Source: Octopus vulgaris (lineage: Eukaryota). From it: a DNA stretch of 64,000 nucleotides. Position numbers and translations under genes: made by a program. Positions 31,705 through 44,389 of the stretch are shown here, piece after piece. The notes beneath the pieces were generated by a model. That model made no database searches. It had not been told where the DNA came from and worked only from the letters and a program-made list of their open reading frames with translations. Numbering within the stretch: position 1 is the stretch's first letter; every line of letters starts with the position of its first letter. The stretch covers positions 6,324,001 to 6,388,000 of the forward strand of contig OX597830.1 in the NCBI GenBank assembly GCA_951406725.2, read 5' to 3'.

Positions 31705-32097
31705 TGCATGTGTGTGTAAATATATATATATATGTATATGTATATGTATATATATAAATATATATATATACATATATATGTGTGTGTGTTTGTCTCTACA
31801 TATGTTCGATTATGGTTGCCCTAATCCAAGTTTTCACACACATATTTAAATCGGATTTTCAACCTCCACCATGAGAGTATGTGTAAAACTGCTTGTATTT
31901 CATTTCTATCTATGTTACAGCATTTACCATCCCATCCACAAATACGCACGTTCACCTATACACAAGAACATGCACCTATACAAATTATAGTTGCACAAAT
32001 GCACACGTATATGTAGTCACGTATATATGTGTATATGTGCGTGAAAGTATAGAAAATTTTAAGAGAGACGTAGGTATATCTTGGCAAAATTACTAGG

Positions 32098-32382
<285 letters not shown>

Positions 32383-34123
32383 AAGTGCGTAAGATAGATA
32401 TCTAAGTTTGTGTTAATTTTTTACGTGAGAGATAGCTTTTTAATACGATCTCGCAAATCGGAATGGATTTTAAGCTAAGTTCTTTCTACATTTCATATTA
32501 TTTCCTTTATTTCTTCACAGATTAATTTCATTTGTTTTTTTCTGGTTTTTGGTTCATCGTCTCTCTGTTTGTCTGTCTCTTTCTCTCTCTCTCTCTTTCT
32601 CTCTCCCTCCCTCTTTCGCCTCCCCCTTTTAAGTTTATTAGTTTCTTTTCATTCTTTTTTATTCATACCAACAATATATATCTCACGGATTATTCTTTGT
32701 ATATTACTATCAGCGTTTCTTTACCGCCATTGCTCGAAGCGAATGTGAGTCGTCTGCTAGACAAAATTCTGGTCATTTGTAGTCCATCATCACCGTAAAA
32801 CTCCGTTGTTTATCATTTTAAATTTTTCGTTTAATTTAGATGTCCCTGTTTACCCTGCAGTAAATAGGTAACGAATGCGTGGCTTTGATTCCTTATCACA
32901 ATCAATATAACCAAAATTACAGCAGAAGTATTTAGCAGAGATGGTAATTTTCAATCTGACGTAATTACTGGTATCTCTTTGCTTATGTATTCTTGAAAGA
33001 ATCTTGTATAAACTCTTCTATATGGTTTCGACAATACGAATTCTTTCCACAGCGAGAATTTCATATTATTGTGTATGTGGTTACGTATTTCGCAGACATT
33101 TATATCGTAAAATTAAACATCAGGGAGAGTTATCAATCTCCATATCAATCACTGGCTATTGTCAGCGAAGTGGGCCGCATGTGATACAACTCTTATCGGG
33201 TGGCTGGGATTACTAATAAAACAAGGTAATTTCTTGATAAGTGTGCCATTCAGAGAGTGCTGCGGGCCGCAGTTTGCCTGTGATCGGTTTAGATTAACAT
33301 TCGCTTATGAGGGTCGGCTGAAAAGTTCATTGGTTGACCAAGATACTCTCATGGAATGAGACCTGATTTACTCACATTCCATGAGAGTAACATAGTCCCC
33401 CGTGCAGTTCGCACTTCTATCGGTATAGCAGTGCTGAGATCGAATTGATGAAAAGCTTTCATCTTTTTGTTCAAAATAGTCATCAACAGCAGGTATGATG
33501 TCATCATCACTGTCATACTAGTTCCCTAGCAAGTGCTTTTCATGTTGGGGAGCAGATGATAGCCAAATTGCGCTAAATCAGGAGGGCAGAGTGGGTGATC
33601 AACCAGTTCAAAGTCACTGTCGCGCTCACCAGCCATTGAAAGCTAAGGACTTGGGCGCTGGATTGTATGTTGGAGTTTTGTCCTGGTGATACAAGCCCTC
33701 TTTTGTCAGCTTTCCTGGGCGTTTAGTATTGATAACCTTTCGTATCTGCCTCAGAAAATTGGCATAGCACTCCCCATTGATAGTGTGACCCTTTGGAAGA
33801 TAGTCAAGAAACACAATGCCTTACACATCCCTCAAAACTGAGAACATCACCTTCTTGCAGATGAAACTACCTTGGAGTAGGTGAAGAGGGGTGTTTCCAC
33901 AACATGGATCTTCTTTTTGTCGCTGGATCAAAGTGATGAGCGTAACACATATCCTGGCTCAGGAAACGTTTAAGGAAGCCAACTGGATTTGCTTCAGATA
34001 ATGTCACATTTTGCCGTGATATGATCAGCCTGGTGTGCTTCAGATCAGGTGTCAGAAAATGTGGCACCCACCGGACAGGAAGCTTCGTCACACCAAGTTC
34101 AGTGTGCAGAATATTCTCAACTC

Positions 34124-34174
<51 letters not shown>

Positions 34175-34478
34175 ATGCTAATAGAATTGGCAATTTGTTT
34201 TATAGTCAATCATTTGTCAGCCATCACTATGTAATCGATGTTTTCCTTGGTGGTGTCAATTCCAGGACTTCCAGACCTTTTGTCATCACCAAACCTCACC
34301 CTTTCCCTCCTAAATCCAGCTGCTCACTTTTGTACTGTTGATAAAGTTAGGGAATCATCCTCTAATGTAGCACCTATGTCAGCATGAATGGACTTGGGTG
34401 CTAAACTCTTTTTCTACAGCTAATTGATAACACAACGCCGCCAAATTTTGTCGATTTTTTCAAGATAGGTCATTACTA

Positions 34479-34576
34479 TTATTATTCAGATCGCTGCTTG
34501 GAATCGAACTCGGAATCTTGGGGTTAGTAGCCTGTGCTCTTAACCACAACTCTTATTCGAGTTCGAATCCAAGTGA

Positions 34577-34655
<79 letters not shown>

Positions 34656-34801
34656 CTCGGAAAATACCTTAGCAATGAGAACCCAGGTTCGAAATTTCCC
34701 CAAGACACCTGATGAAGGCTGGAGGGTATATCAGCCGAAACGTTGTTAACAACAAACAAGATGAGAACAAATATCCGTAAAATGTAAATAATGTAAATAA
34801 A
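34479..34801 (+). mobile_element. TSD-flanked 323-bp insert: inverted tRNA-like head + B-box + (AAT)n + hammerhead motif
   Basis: 10-bp direct repeat GTCATTACTA at 34469-34478 and 34802-34811. Minus-strand gtggttaagagc...ggctactaacc...gagttcgattcc at 34479-34547. Plus-strand gagttcgaatcc, (AAT)n and HHR motif at 34704-34747. Confidence 0.75.
34704..34747 (+). ncRNA. Minimal hammerhead ribozyme motif with palindromic stem III
   Basis: GACAC-CTGATGA-A-GGCTGG[AGGGTATA]TCAGCC-GAAA-CGT-T-GTT. 6-bp stem II and ACGT palindrome. Stem I is only 2 bp in this copy. Confidence 0.6.
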
Positions 34802-35176
34802 GTCATTACTAGTTCGTTTGAATTCTTCTTTGAACAGTCAGAAATCAGTTTACTCAGTTATTAATTGAGAGAGTTGAAATTAATGCCTGCAAGATTTCAC
34901 AGTTCTAGCATCATCCGTTCATAATCAACCCAGGAACATTTCGGCCCTATTTTTGCGTGTGTGTTCTGTGTGTGGATTAAGTTTTGGGCACGATTTCTTC
35001 GACTAGAACCTTCCAAGGATGCCGCAGCACGGCCGTAGTCAAACGATTGAGACAAGTAAAAGAAAAGTGACAGAATATATATCCACCTATCTATCTATCT
35101 ATATATATATATATATATATATATATTATGGTATTTTCAAAGGGAGGTCATCCCTCTCTCGTCAACCTAAGTGATG

Positions 35177-35221
35177 CGCACGGACTGCAGTTTCTAGGTA
35201 TTTGCCTGTCTTCAGCGTACG
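35177..35221 (-). ncRNA. Type-I hammerhead ribozyme motif (GUC site, 8-nt palindromic stem III)
   Basis: Minus strand: CGTACG-CTGAAGA-C-AGG[CAAATA]CCT-A-GAA-ACTGCAGT-C-CGTGCG. Stem I 6 bp (one G-U). C-A mismatch at the base of stem II. Confidence 0.72.
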
Positions 35222-35252
35222 GCAATAACCGGTTTTCGATGAAGGGAGTCAG

Positions 35253-35630
35253 TTTGCAAATCGGTGTGGTGTCCATAATATAATTTATAAATGTACTATA
35301 ACAACTTCGAATAGTAAATCTTTTTATTTAGGCTGTACGATAAATTTTAAGCAAAGAATCAGCAATCATCTTTTAAGTTAGATCATAAAGCTGGTTACAC
35401 CACACTTTCCAGTAAAATTTGGGAGCTCAAAACTAATAATATTAAATATAACCTAAGATGGGAAATAGTTAGAAAAGCAGTACCTTACAGAAATAAGAGG
35501 GTGGGTTGTCAGCTCTGTTCCATATGAGATTCTAAAGCATAGAAGAGATAAAAATCTACTAAATAACCGTATAGAATTAGGTCAATGTTGTATTCACTCA
35601 AAAATCAAAACTCTAAAATATTTTAAATAG
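35253..35630 (+). pseudogene. Penelope-like GIY-YIG endonuclease relic (second family; absent from the ORF track)
   Basis: Manual translation: FANRCGVHNIIYKCTITTSNSKSFYLGCTINFKQRISNH / HKAGYTTLSSKIWELKTNNIKYNLRWEIVRKAVPYRNKRVGCQLC / YEILKHRRDKNLLNNRIELGQCCIHSK...*, with two frameshifts. Confidence 0.8.
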
Positions 35631-36690
35631 AAATAAATAGAAATTTATAGGTTCTCCCACTGGTGTTCTTTCTAACTGTACCTTTTTAATATAAAAAATA
35701 AATAGTATTTGTACTATGCTAACTTTTAATTGACTTTGTAGTCAATTTAATTAACCTTACTTACATCATATAAATTGCTAAACTTTCTTAATTCTATTCT
35801 AAATTTAATATGTAATACTATTCTCTTAAGGATACAATTTCCACTATATTTTTGAATAAGTAAAATCCCCCCTACTAATTGCTATTGAATTTATTTGACC
35901 TCTAGATGTCGACCTAAATTATTTCTTACAATATATAAACAAAAGTTAGAATAGAAACGATAATAAATAAATAGCCCTCTTTTCTAGTCTTATCCTTAAC
36001 TTTCTTACTGTATCTTCCTCTACTGATAACCTATGACCCCTTTAATGCTTTCCTTTGATCTCTCTGTGTTCTTTACCCCACCATTAACTCTGTGAGGCTC
36101 TAAGTTCCGAGCCGGTGGTGGTCAAACTTACCGTTCTTTTATAAATTCAAGATTCCTTCAACATTGACCTAGATTTTCTGTCAACACAGAAACAGACTAA
36201 TCTTTGTCTGTGGCACCCTTATTCCCTCTTACTCCCCCACTCCTTTCCTTCCATAATGTCCTGTATTTTGCTAAACCTACCTCGCTATATTTCTTACTAC
36301 TACTAAATTCTGTCTGCAACAGTTAGATGTGAATTGAACGAGTGTGTTAACAACACCTTTCCTCATGTTTCCTAGAATTTATATCAACACCTTTATGGTT
36401 GGATTTACCTTCTCTGAGAAGTTAATAATCATTAAATTTTTTTTTTTAAACTGTGCATTGTTGGAAAACATATAAAGTCTGCTTATTACCTTACTTCAAA
36501 TTCATAGAACTCACTCTGAATACTTCATAAGGATATTTACACTCTCTAGGATGTTTGGAAAACATATATGTGATTTAGCTGATGAATACTTGACATTATA
36601 TTTGCTGTAATATTTGCAGCTTTAAATAAAATGTCCTTAGTATGAAACAATTGTACTAAATTACTGATCCATTCTTGTTACTTTTTCTTG

Positions 36691-36748
<58 letters not shown>

Positions 36749-36751
36749 TAT

Positions 36752-37037
36752 TACTGAGTTACGTCCCTTCAGCTTAATTGCTGAGTTGTATTTCGTGCCT
36801 TGCGAGAAAGCAGAAACAGCTGCCTGTTAGAACTATGAGGTTCGACATAATCGATTAAAGCATTTCTCGTGAATAGTGTTCCAGCATGGCCGCAATCTCT
36901 TTCAATCCTCTCTCGCAGTTTCTTTCTGTCTATCTGCCTTTCTTTCCTTCTTTCTTTTTGTCTGTTCATATATATGTATGTATATATGCATATATATATA
37001 TACACATAGATTTATGTACATACGTGTATACATATGT

Positions 37038-37074
<37 letters not shown>

Positions 37075-37168
37075 TATGGATTATATATATGTATATGTAT
37101 ATATAGATATGCATATATATATATATATATATATTACATATATCTCTTTGTATGTGTGTTTGTGTGTG

Positions 37169-37200
<32 letters not shown>

Positions 37201-37984
37201 GATGTGTGTGTGCAAACACAAGCACATACACACACACACACAAGGGGTTGCTCCAATTTTGCATATCGTAATACCGAACAATTGAGCAATTCACTCGTTT
37301 GCATAACCTTTCAAAAGATCGAACCGTTTATTGCCAAATCTCTACGAAATCGATGCAATAATTGCATAAGATATATTTTTCTCCGATACTGAGTGAAAAA
37401 ATATTGTCGAATATGTGGGATTCTGTATATTTGAATTGAATTCAATAAACTCTTTCTGAGAGATTCTGCATCCAAAATGAGTTAAATGGTCGTGACCAAT
37501 TCTTTATGATTACAAATAACTGACGCCAAAAGAGTTAGAAGTATTAGAATTATTCTTGTCATCTCAATTGTCGCAGTTCAGAATCCAGTTTAATACTATC
37601 ATATTTTGAATTATTTTGAATAATTAATTTCTTTGAATAAATGAATTGTTATTCTTAATCTAATTTCCAAAATTATAGTTTTGAATCATAAAATTAATGG
37701 CAGATATTTAAATGTTTCATTATATTCTTATTATTAAAGTCTGAAGATGGTGAATTGTCAGAAATGTTAAACATTCTTATACAACACTTTGCTATTCTCG
37801 CGGTATTTCTTTCGTCAGAGTTCAAATTTCACTAACGTCACCCTTAACTCTCACGCATTGACAATCGGTAAAGAAAGTAGTAGACCTCTATTGCATTCCT
37901 CTCCCCACGCCCACTTTCTTTGTATAATTTTTTCTTTCTTTCGTTAGTTCGTTCATTCATTCTTTTTCTCTTTCTTTTGTTCTT

Positions 37985-38032
<48 letters not shown>

Positions 38033-38278
38033 CCATCTCTTGCCATCTCTCTCTCTCTTTTAATCTTTCACTGTCTCTCTCTGGCTCTCTCTATCTCTTA
38101 CTTTCTCTTTCTCATTCTCACTGAATCTTTCTCTCTCAATTCTCTCTCGCAGTCTCTTTCTATTTGTCACCTCTCTTTCTTTCTTTCCATCTAACTTTCT
38201 TTCCGTCTGTCTGTCTTTCTTTCTTTCTCTCTCGCTCTCTCACTCACTCTCTCTCTCTCTGTATATATATATGTATCA

Positions 38279-38339
<61 letters not shown>

Positions 38340-38620
38340 AAATGAGTATTCCTACGACGGACCGCCGGCGATCCGTCCAGCGGGGGAATATATACACCAC
38401 AGAATCCAAGAACCAGTTCTATAAGACTATGGCTCAGGAAGATCCTTCAGCCTTACGCTCTGTAGTATTTATGTCCTACTGAGTTACCTCCCTTCAGCCT
38501 CACTGTTGCATTGTATTTCGTGCCTTACGACAAAGCAGAAACAGCTGCCTGTTAGAGCTATGAGGCTCGACATGATCGATTAAAACATTTCTCGTGAATA
38601 GTGTTCCAGCATGGCCGCAA
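36752..38620 (+). repeat. 144-bp diverged direct repeat (36752-36895 and 38477-38620)
   Basis: tactgagttac.tcccttcagc...aaagcagaaacagctgcctgttaga.ctatgagg...catttctcgtgaatagtgttccagcatggccgcaa occurs at both sites. Confidence 0.85.
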
Positions 38621-38936
38621 ACTGCTGACTCACACAAGAAACAAAATGAACGAAACAGAGCATGTGACTAATTAATTTACATAACTTACTTTTGAGCCTT
38701 TCATTCAGAAGTCTCTATGCTGGATAAAATACTGCTGAATCGTTCAGTTCGATTTAATCGATCGTACCCCTTCCTCCCAGCGTTTCAGGTACAGTCACGG
38801 ATTAGCAAAAGAAGATAATCGATCATTTTTATTGATATGTTTTTTGTTTTGTTTTTCTAGCGTGAGTGACTAGAAAACTTGATAGAATTAGGCCTGTAGC
38901 TTCAAATTACGTGTTGCAAATAGGGGAAATATGTAT

Positions 38937-38983
<47 letters not shown>

Positions 38984-39698
38984 AACATACATACACACAT
39001 ACATACACACATACATAAACACACACACACACACCTACATACATACAAACATACACACATACATACACACACACACACATACATACATACATACATACAT
39101 ACATACATACATACATACATACATACATACATACATACATACATACATACACATGTATACATACAATGCAAAATCAGGTAGTGGCTCTCCTGGCATTTCA
39201 TCTTAACTAACAGGAATTGTTATCATGTATATGTTTTGTCTTGGTATAAAAGATGGGCTACAGCAAATATTCTGCTCAATACCACAGATTTGCTTGTCAG
39301 TTGTTTGACCTTAACCAGTTGAGCATGTCCCTTAGTGTCTGACAATATGTGCATTTCTAATCACGAGCAGAAGTAGTGGGGGAGCATCATAGCCATGTGT
39401 TGAGAGGGATTCTTTGGGATTTTAATAATTCACCTCTGGAAACATGAGTCTTTTGTTCATCATCCTTAAACAGACCTTATTCAGAGACCTTTTCAGCGGG
39501 ATGGGCTATTCAGCATGAAAAAGTTCTAACTGGGCCCCACTCGGAAGGTCATGCGTTGTTTATCTTGATATAAGATCACCACATCGCACACATATGGTTG
39601 TGATGCATGTTCCTGGTGTACCCTTATCAAATGAGTAGTCATGATGTGTATATTGGGCTTCGTATATTTTACCCCAGTGTCACTTTGATGGTAAGCGC

Positions 39699-39748
<50 letters not shown>

Positions 39749-39789
39749 ATCACAAAATTAAGTCTCAATACTTAAAAATGTCAAAACGG

Positions 39790-39985
39790 TAAACTACCAG
39801 AATTGATAGTGCGTCGAGGAAAATGTTCAGCAACATTTCTTCTGTTTCTACGATGTGTGTTCTAATTCCACCGAGATCGCCATTTCCTTTCATTCTTTTG
39901 TGGCCAATAAAATAAGGAGCAATTGAGGACTGGAGTCGACGAAATCGACTTACCCACTTCTCAAATTGATAGCCTTGTACCAATA
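39790..39985 (+). mobile_element. SINE family B (diverged)
   Basis: ccagaattgatagtgcgtcgaggaaaatg...gttctaattccaccgagatcgccatttcctttcattcttt...gtcgacgaaatcgactta. Confidence 0.55.
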
Positions 39986-40489
39986 TTTTTAACGAACGAA
40001 CTTTACACTTAGGTGTGAATTCTTAGAATTGGTTATAATTTCTCACGTTTTTATTTCACAGTTTTAGGTTTAACTGTGCACTCTTAGTGAACGTTTTATT
40101 AGGCAGTGAGGTTTCTTTGTGAGTCTACAGCTCATTGCTAACTGCAGATGAAACACGGGTAAGAATCCAACTAGTCTTTAACAAACTGATTTGCTTTAAT
40201 TTCTAAATTGTTATTTCCATAAAATCCAGTTGTAAAACAAATGTAAACATATCTTTACAGTTTAGTTTCAACTAGTTTTCTTATTCGTAAAACTCCATAA
40301 ATATCGCTTTATATAGATATTTAAAGTTTTCACTCGAACCTTTACTATAATGAAATATATTCACAAAAATTCTAAACCGTTAGTTTTGATTATAAACCGT
40401 TAGAAAGAAAATTGATGGAGTGAATAAAATCACCATTTGTTAGCAGTCTTTAGACACTTCAGAAGTGAAAGATGTAAATGTATTATTCG

Positions 40490-40750
40490 CATATCGGATC
40501 ATTTTAACCGATTTATCGACAAAAAGCGACATACATCTGTCCTGCTTGACTGGTGCTAAATGGCGAACGTCACGTGATATTTCACCACCACATAATCTGC
40601 TCAACACGACCTCACTGTTGATTATTGTAATTTAGACAATTCCTTCCTACATCTAGTAAATCACGTGACACCAGCCAGTTGGCACCATCAAAGCGGAAAG
40701 AGGTGTGTAACATTATCCGATCAATTGATTGAAAAGAATCGATATCATAT
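40490..40750. repeat. Degenerate inverted repeat with paired GTCACGTGA motifs
   Basis: tggtgctaaatggcgaacgtcacgtgat vs atcacgtgacaccagccagttggcacca. Similarity continues outward (atatcggatcattttaaccgatttatcg vs cgatcaattgattgaaaagaatcgatat). Confidence 0.6.
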
Positions 40751-41265
40751 GTTTTACACGTTCCCATATTGAAACATATATACACTATCTTTCGCAATAG
40801 CCATTTCATTGACTCTCGCAATATTTTTTGTGTTTTCCGTTGTTTTTCCTTTCAGTTATCTCACTTTTGATCGATCTTCCGTCAATCTCGACTATGCACA
40901 ATCATTTGTTCGATCACTTAAAGGTTTGAACCGGTTAAAACTAATGTACAAGTTGACTTAATTTTCCACAAACACAAAATGTATCTTAAACATAATTTCT
41001 TAATTTAACCAACGTCACACAACAAATGGTAAACGTTCAACCGTGGAATTACGAGAATAATCCACTCTGCAAGCTTCCCCACTCTTTCCATCTCCCCAAT
41101 TTCACAAGAAAGGCTTATGCTAAATCTGGGATAGGGTGAAGAAGTGTCTACAAGATGCCATGCCGAAAATGCGGACTTAGGATTTCCTGATTGCGAAGCA
41201 AACTCCTTGAATACACAGACATGCTAATGTCTTTTTATATACATATATATATATGTATATATATA

Positions 41266-41531
41266 TACAATATTAGATATGTACATATATACACAAGGGT
41301 ACTACAAGAGTACCTATATCGCTATTGATAGAAGTCAAAAAAATACTTCTGTACCACCGAATAGTCGCAAATCTACTACAGACAAGATAGGAAAACAATA
41401 ATGATGTCTTTGCTTTTCGAATACATAGCACTTGTTCAAATGGGTCAGAACAAGTAAATGCTGTACTATCATTAGCGATATAGGTACTCACGTAGTACCC
41501 TTGTGTATATAAGTACATATCTAATATTGTA
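41266..41531. repeat. Inverted repeat, 66-bp arms, in (TA)n
   Basis: tacaatattagatatgtac...acacaagggtactac..gagtacctatatcgcta.tgatag vs its near-perfect reverse complement at 41466-41531. Confidence 0.88.
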
Positions 41532-41606
41532 TGTATATATATTATTAATTTGCCTGTACGGCTGATAATTCGCTTACCGCTTGTGATGGTATTTTAATAA
41601 TCCCAT

Positions 41607-41677
<71 letters not shown>

Positions 41678-41680
41678 ACA

Positions 41681-41772
41681 CAACTATGAGAGAGAATCCA
41701 CTATGTGGACGCTCTTACGCTAGATATAGATCTGCAAAGAGCGTCCACATAGTGGATTCTCTCTCATAGTTG
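41681..41772. repeat. Perfect 36-bp inverted repeat with 20-nt loop
   Basis: caactatgagagagaatccactatgtggacgctctt (41681-41716) / aagagcgtccacatagtggattctctctcatagttg (41737-41772). Confidence 0.95.
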
Positions 41773-41877
41773 CGTATTAATAATATTTACTAAATCTCAG
41801 TCTTTTATACGCTAGGCCACTGGTGTTTAAATTGATGTTATTAAATTAATATCCAATTTTTTCACCCTCATTTTGAC

Positions 41878-41932
<55 letters not shown>

Positions 41933-42144
41933 GGTAGAAAGAATCGATGAAAAAAATTGTAGTGGAAAAATAGAAAAGGATGCAAAATCGACAAAAGATT
42001 CTTGTTGTCCTATGTATATATTTATGAAATAAGAAATTTACACAGTTGAGCGGTTTCGCTTGTTCTTATCATGACTATGAAGTTACTGATAATGTTATAA
42101 GTTCATGCTATCATAAGAAATGTTCATTCCATGTTGGTTTGGAG

Positions 42145-42195
<51 letters not shown>

Positions 42196-42369
42196 TACGT
42201 GTGTGTATATGTGTGCGTGTCTATGTATGCCTGTATTGCTAGAAGTAAGAGATAAAATGCTTTAATGCTGAAATCAAAGTATATACTTGTATGGACTGTA
42301 ATCGTCGGAAAACACTGATCGTGATTTCTTTGTATTGACATCAGTTTCTGTCATTTCCGTTGCCTCTTC

Positions 42370-43245
42370 AGTGCGGTCTTGTTCGACTTCGGTAGATTTC
42401 AGACTTAACTCTCTATTGGTATATATGTTTTCATCATAAATTTTATATATACACAGTAGCGATTCGCTAAATCATCCATGGGGATCGTTACCAAAAGCAG
42501 TGGCACGCTCCGGCGTGTATATAACTTTCGCTTCCAATGTTTTCTAATAAGCCCTTCAAAGATTTTTTCAGGTGTATAGTACAGCGTATTTCCTCACTTT
42601 AACTCCAGGGAAGAAACTCTTAAGTTTTGGGGTCTTTCCCAGTAACTTATCTGCTTCATTGTAACGATCTTTATGTAGTTTCATTAGATTGCTTCGATTT
42701 CTGTCATTAGTATCTTACAATATACGGTGACCAACCTCAGGCCACCGCTTATCTTTTGACAGTGGACGAAACGGCTTTGGAGAAATGTCCTTCATTGAAC
42801 CATCAAAGTTTCTTGCTTTCTTGTTCTGGAGGTTTGTTGACTGTAAATGGCCATCCACCTGTTTTCTTGCCAACTTAGTAATAAACCTTTGAAAGATGCA
42901 TCGTTATTTGTGCCAGGGCTGATTATGAATTTGGGTCTGGGTCTATATTTCCTTGGACAGGATGTCCAGTGTTCTTTGCGTACATCACATTTAATATCGT
43001 CCCCTGATAGCGTTGGGCTTCCAATTTTTCATTATTAAACTGCATGTTGTTGTCCACAACCCTCTTGTGTACTGTATCTAACTCTGGTTGCAGGTGTGTG
43101 GCAGCTCCAGGGTTCTGTATCACGGTTGAGACTTTTGTATCATCTCCATAGCCTGTAAATTCACTATCTGTATGGTTGAAGGCATGTTCGAAAGGGTCAC
43201 CGTAAACAAAAGTAATCCCATGGCAGTGCCCTGAAGGACTCACTT
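42370..43245 (-). pseudogene. CR1/jockey-like LINE RT remnant
   Basis: Minus-strand FTGYGDDTKV (YADD-like)...LQPELDTVHKRVVDNNMQFNNEK, typical of the 'LQxDLxxxxxWxxxNxMxFNxxK' segment. Confidence 0.65.
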
Positions 43246-43317
43246 TAACATTTGTGTTTTATTAGAGAGGTGGCCCCGTTAGTTGTATACACACGCAAAC
43301 ACACACACACAGGCACG

Positions 43318-43349
<32 letters not shown>

Positions 43350-43479
43350 ATATGTATTTATGTATATAGCACGAAAATGCTCCAGGAGAAATAATTTAGC
43401 GTGCCCAGTGCTATGTATTCGAAAAGCAAAGACTAATAAGAGTATACTAGTTTAGCTATACTACAAGGCTATCATGTTC

Positions 43480-43662
43480 ATGGGAGGTGGGCAGTCGATT
43501 ACACCGACCCCGGTGCTCAACTGGTTCTTTATTTCATCGACCCTTAAAGGATAAAAAGCAAAGTACACCTCGGCGGAATTTGAACTCAGAACGTAGCGGC
43601 AGACGAAATACCGCTATGCATTTCGCTGGGCGTGCTAACGTTTTCCACCAGCTCGCTGCCTT
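43480..43662 (-). mobile_element. SINE family B
   Basis: gtcgattacaccgacccc...cctcggcggaatttgaactcagaacgtagcggcagacgaaataccgcta...ccagctcgctgcctt. Confidence 0.75.
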
Positions 43663-44202
43663 AGAGACGAACAAGAGGTTATTTAAAATCACAGAAACGA
43701 AATTCTCAGTTCAATGAAATTATCTTCCTTTCCCAGGAGCGCAAGGCAATCGCACGGAGGCGTACGATAAACTACTAAAGCCTATTATATTTACGCAACA
43801 CTTCCGTACAGTATTCTATAAAACTGTCGGTCACTGAGGTTTTCTTTTCATTTAATCAATGTACGAAGACAATTTATTCAGCTATTCACTGAACAAGTTG
43901 TCTTCATACATTCATCCAAGTATCATATTCAAAAGTAGTTATTTAGTAACCAACCGCACCACTAGCTGTCGTTACTGTCGCTGGAGTTATTTGAAATCAA
44001 TAGAAACTTATGTTGCGTTTAATACTAACAATATGTTTGATTACAGAGAAATAGGTGACGATGCATAATGTATAATCTATAGATTTGATTTCAAAATGTT
44101 ATTTTAAGTCGTTATCTGCGAACTGGTCAAATACTTTGTAACATTCGTCATGCTACTATTATTATTAGTAGTAGTAGTAGTAGTACTAGTATTTTCTGGC
44201 AG

Positions 44203-44352
44203 TGCGCAGGAGTGGCTGTGTGGTAAATAGCATGCTTACCAACCACATGGTCATGGATTCATTCCCACTGCGTGGCACCTTGGATGAGTGTCTTCTACCA
44301 TACCCTCGGGCCGACCAAAGCCTTGTGAGTGGATTTGGTAAGAAGCCCGTCG

Positions 44353-44389
<37 letters not shown>

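Larger units (their letters stand above)
33306..34950 (-). mobile_element. Decayed mariner (Tc1/mariner) DNA transposon
   Basis: Minus-strand transposase fragments ...KLPVRWVPHFLT (WVPHEL-like motif)...WKHPSSPTP and DYLPKGHTINGECYANFLRQIRKVI..KRPGKL..GLYHQD. Left TIR TA-tgagggtcggctgaaaagttc, degenerate right TIR gaacatttcggccct ~34935-34949. Confidence 0.85.

Noticed and set aside
34479-34547. Functional tRNA gene
   Set aside because: No acceptor stem or poly-T terminator. Treated as a SINE-type tRNA-derived head.
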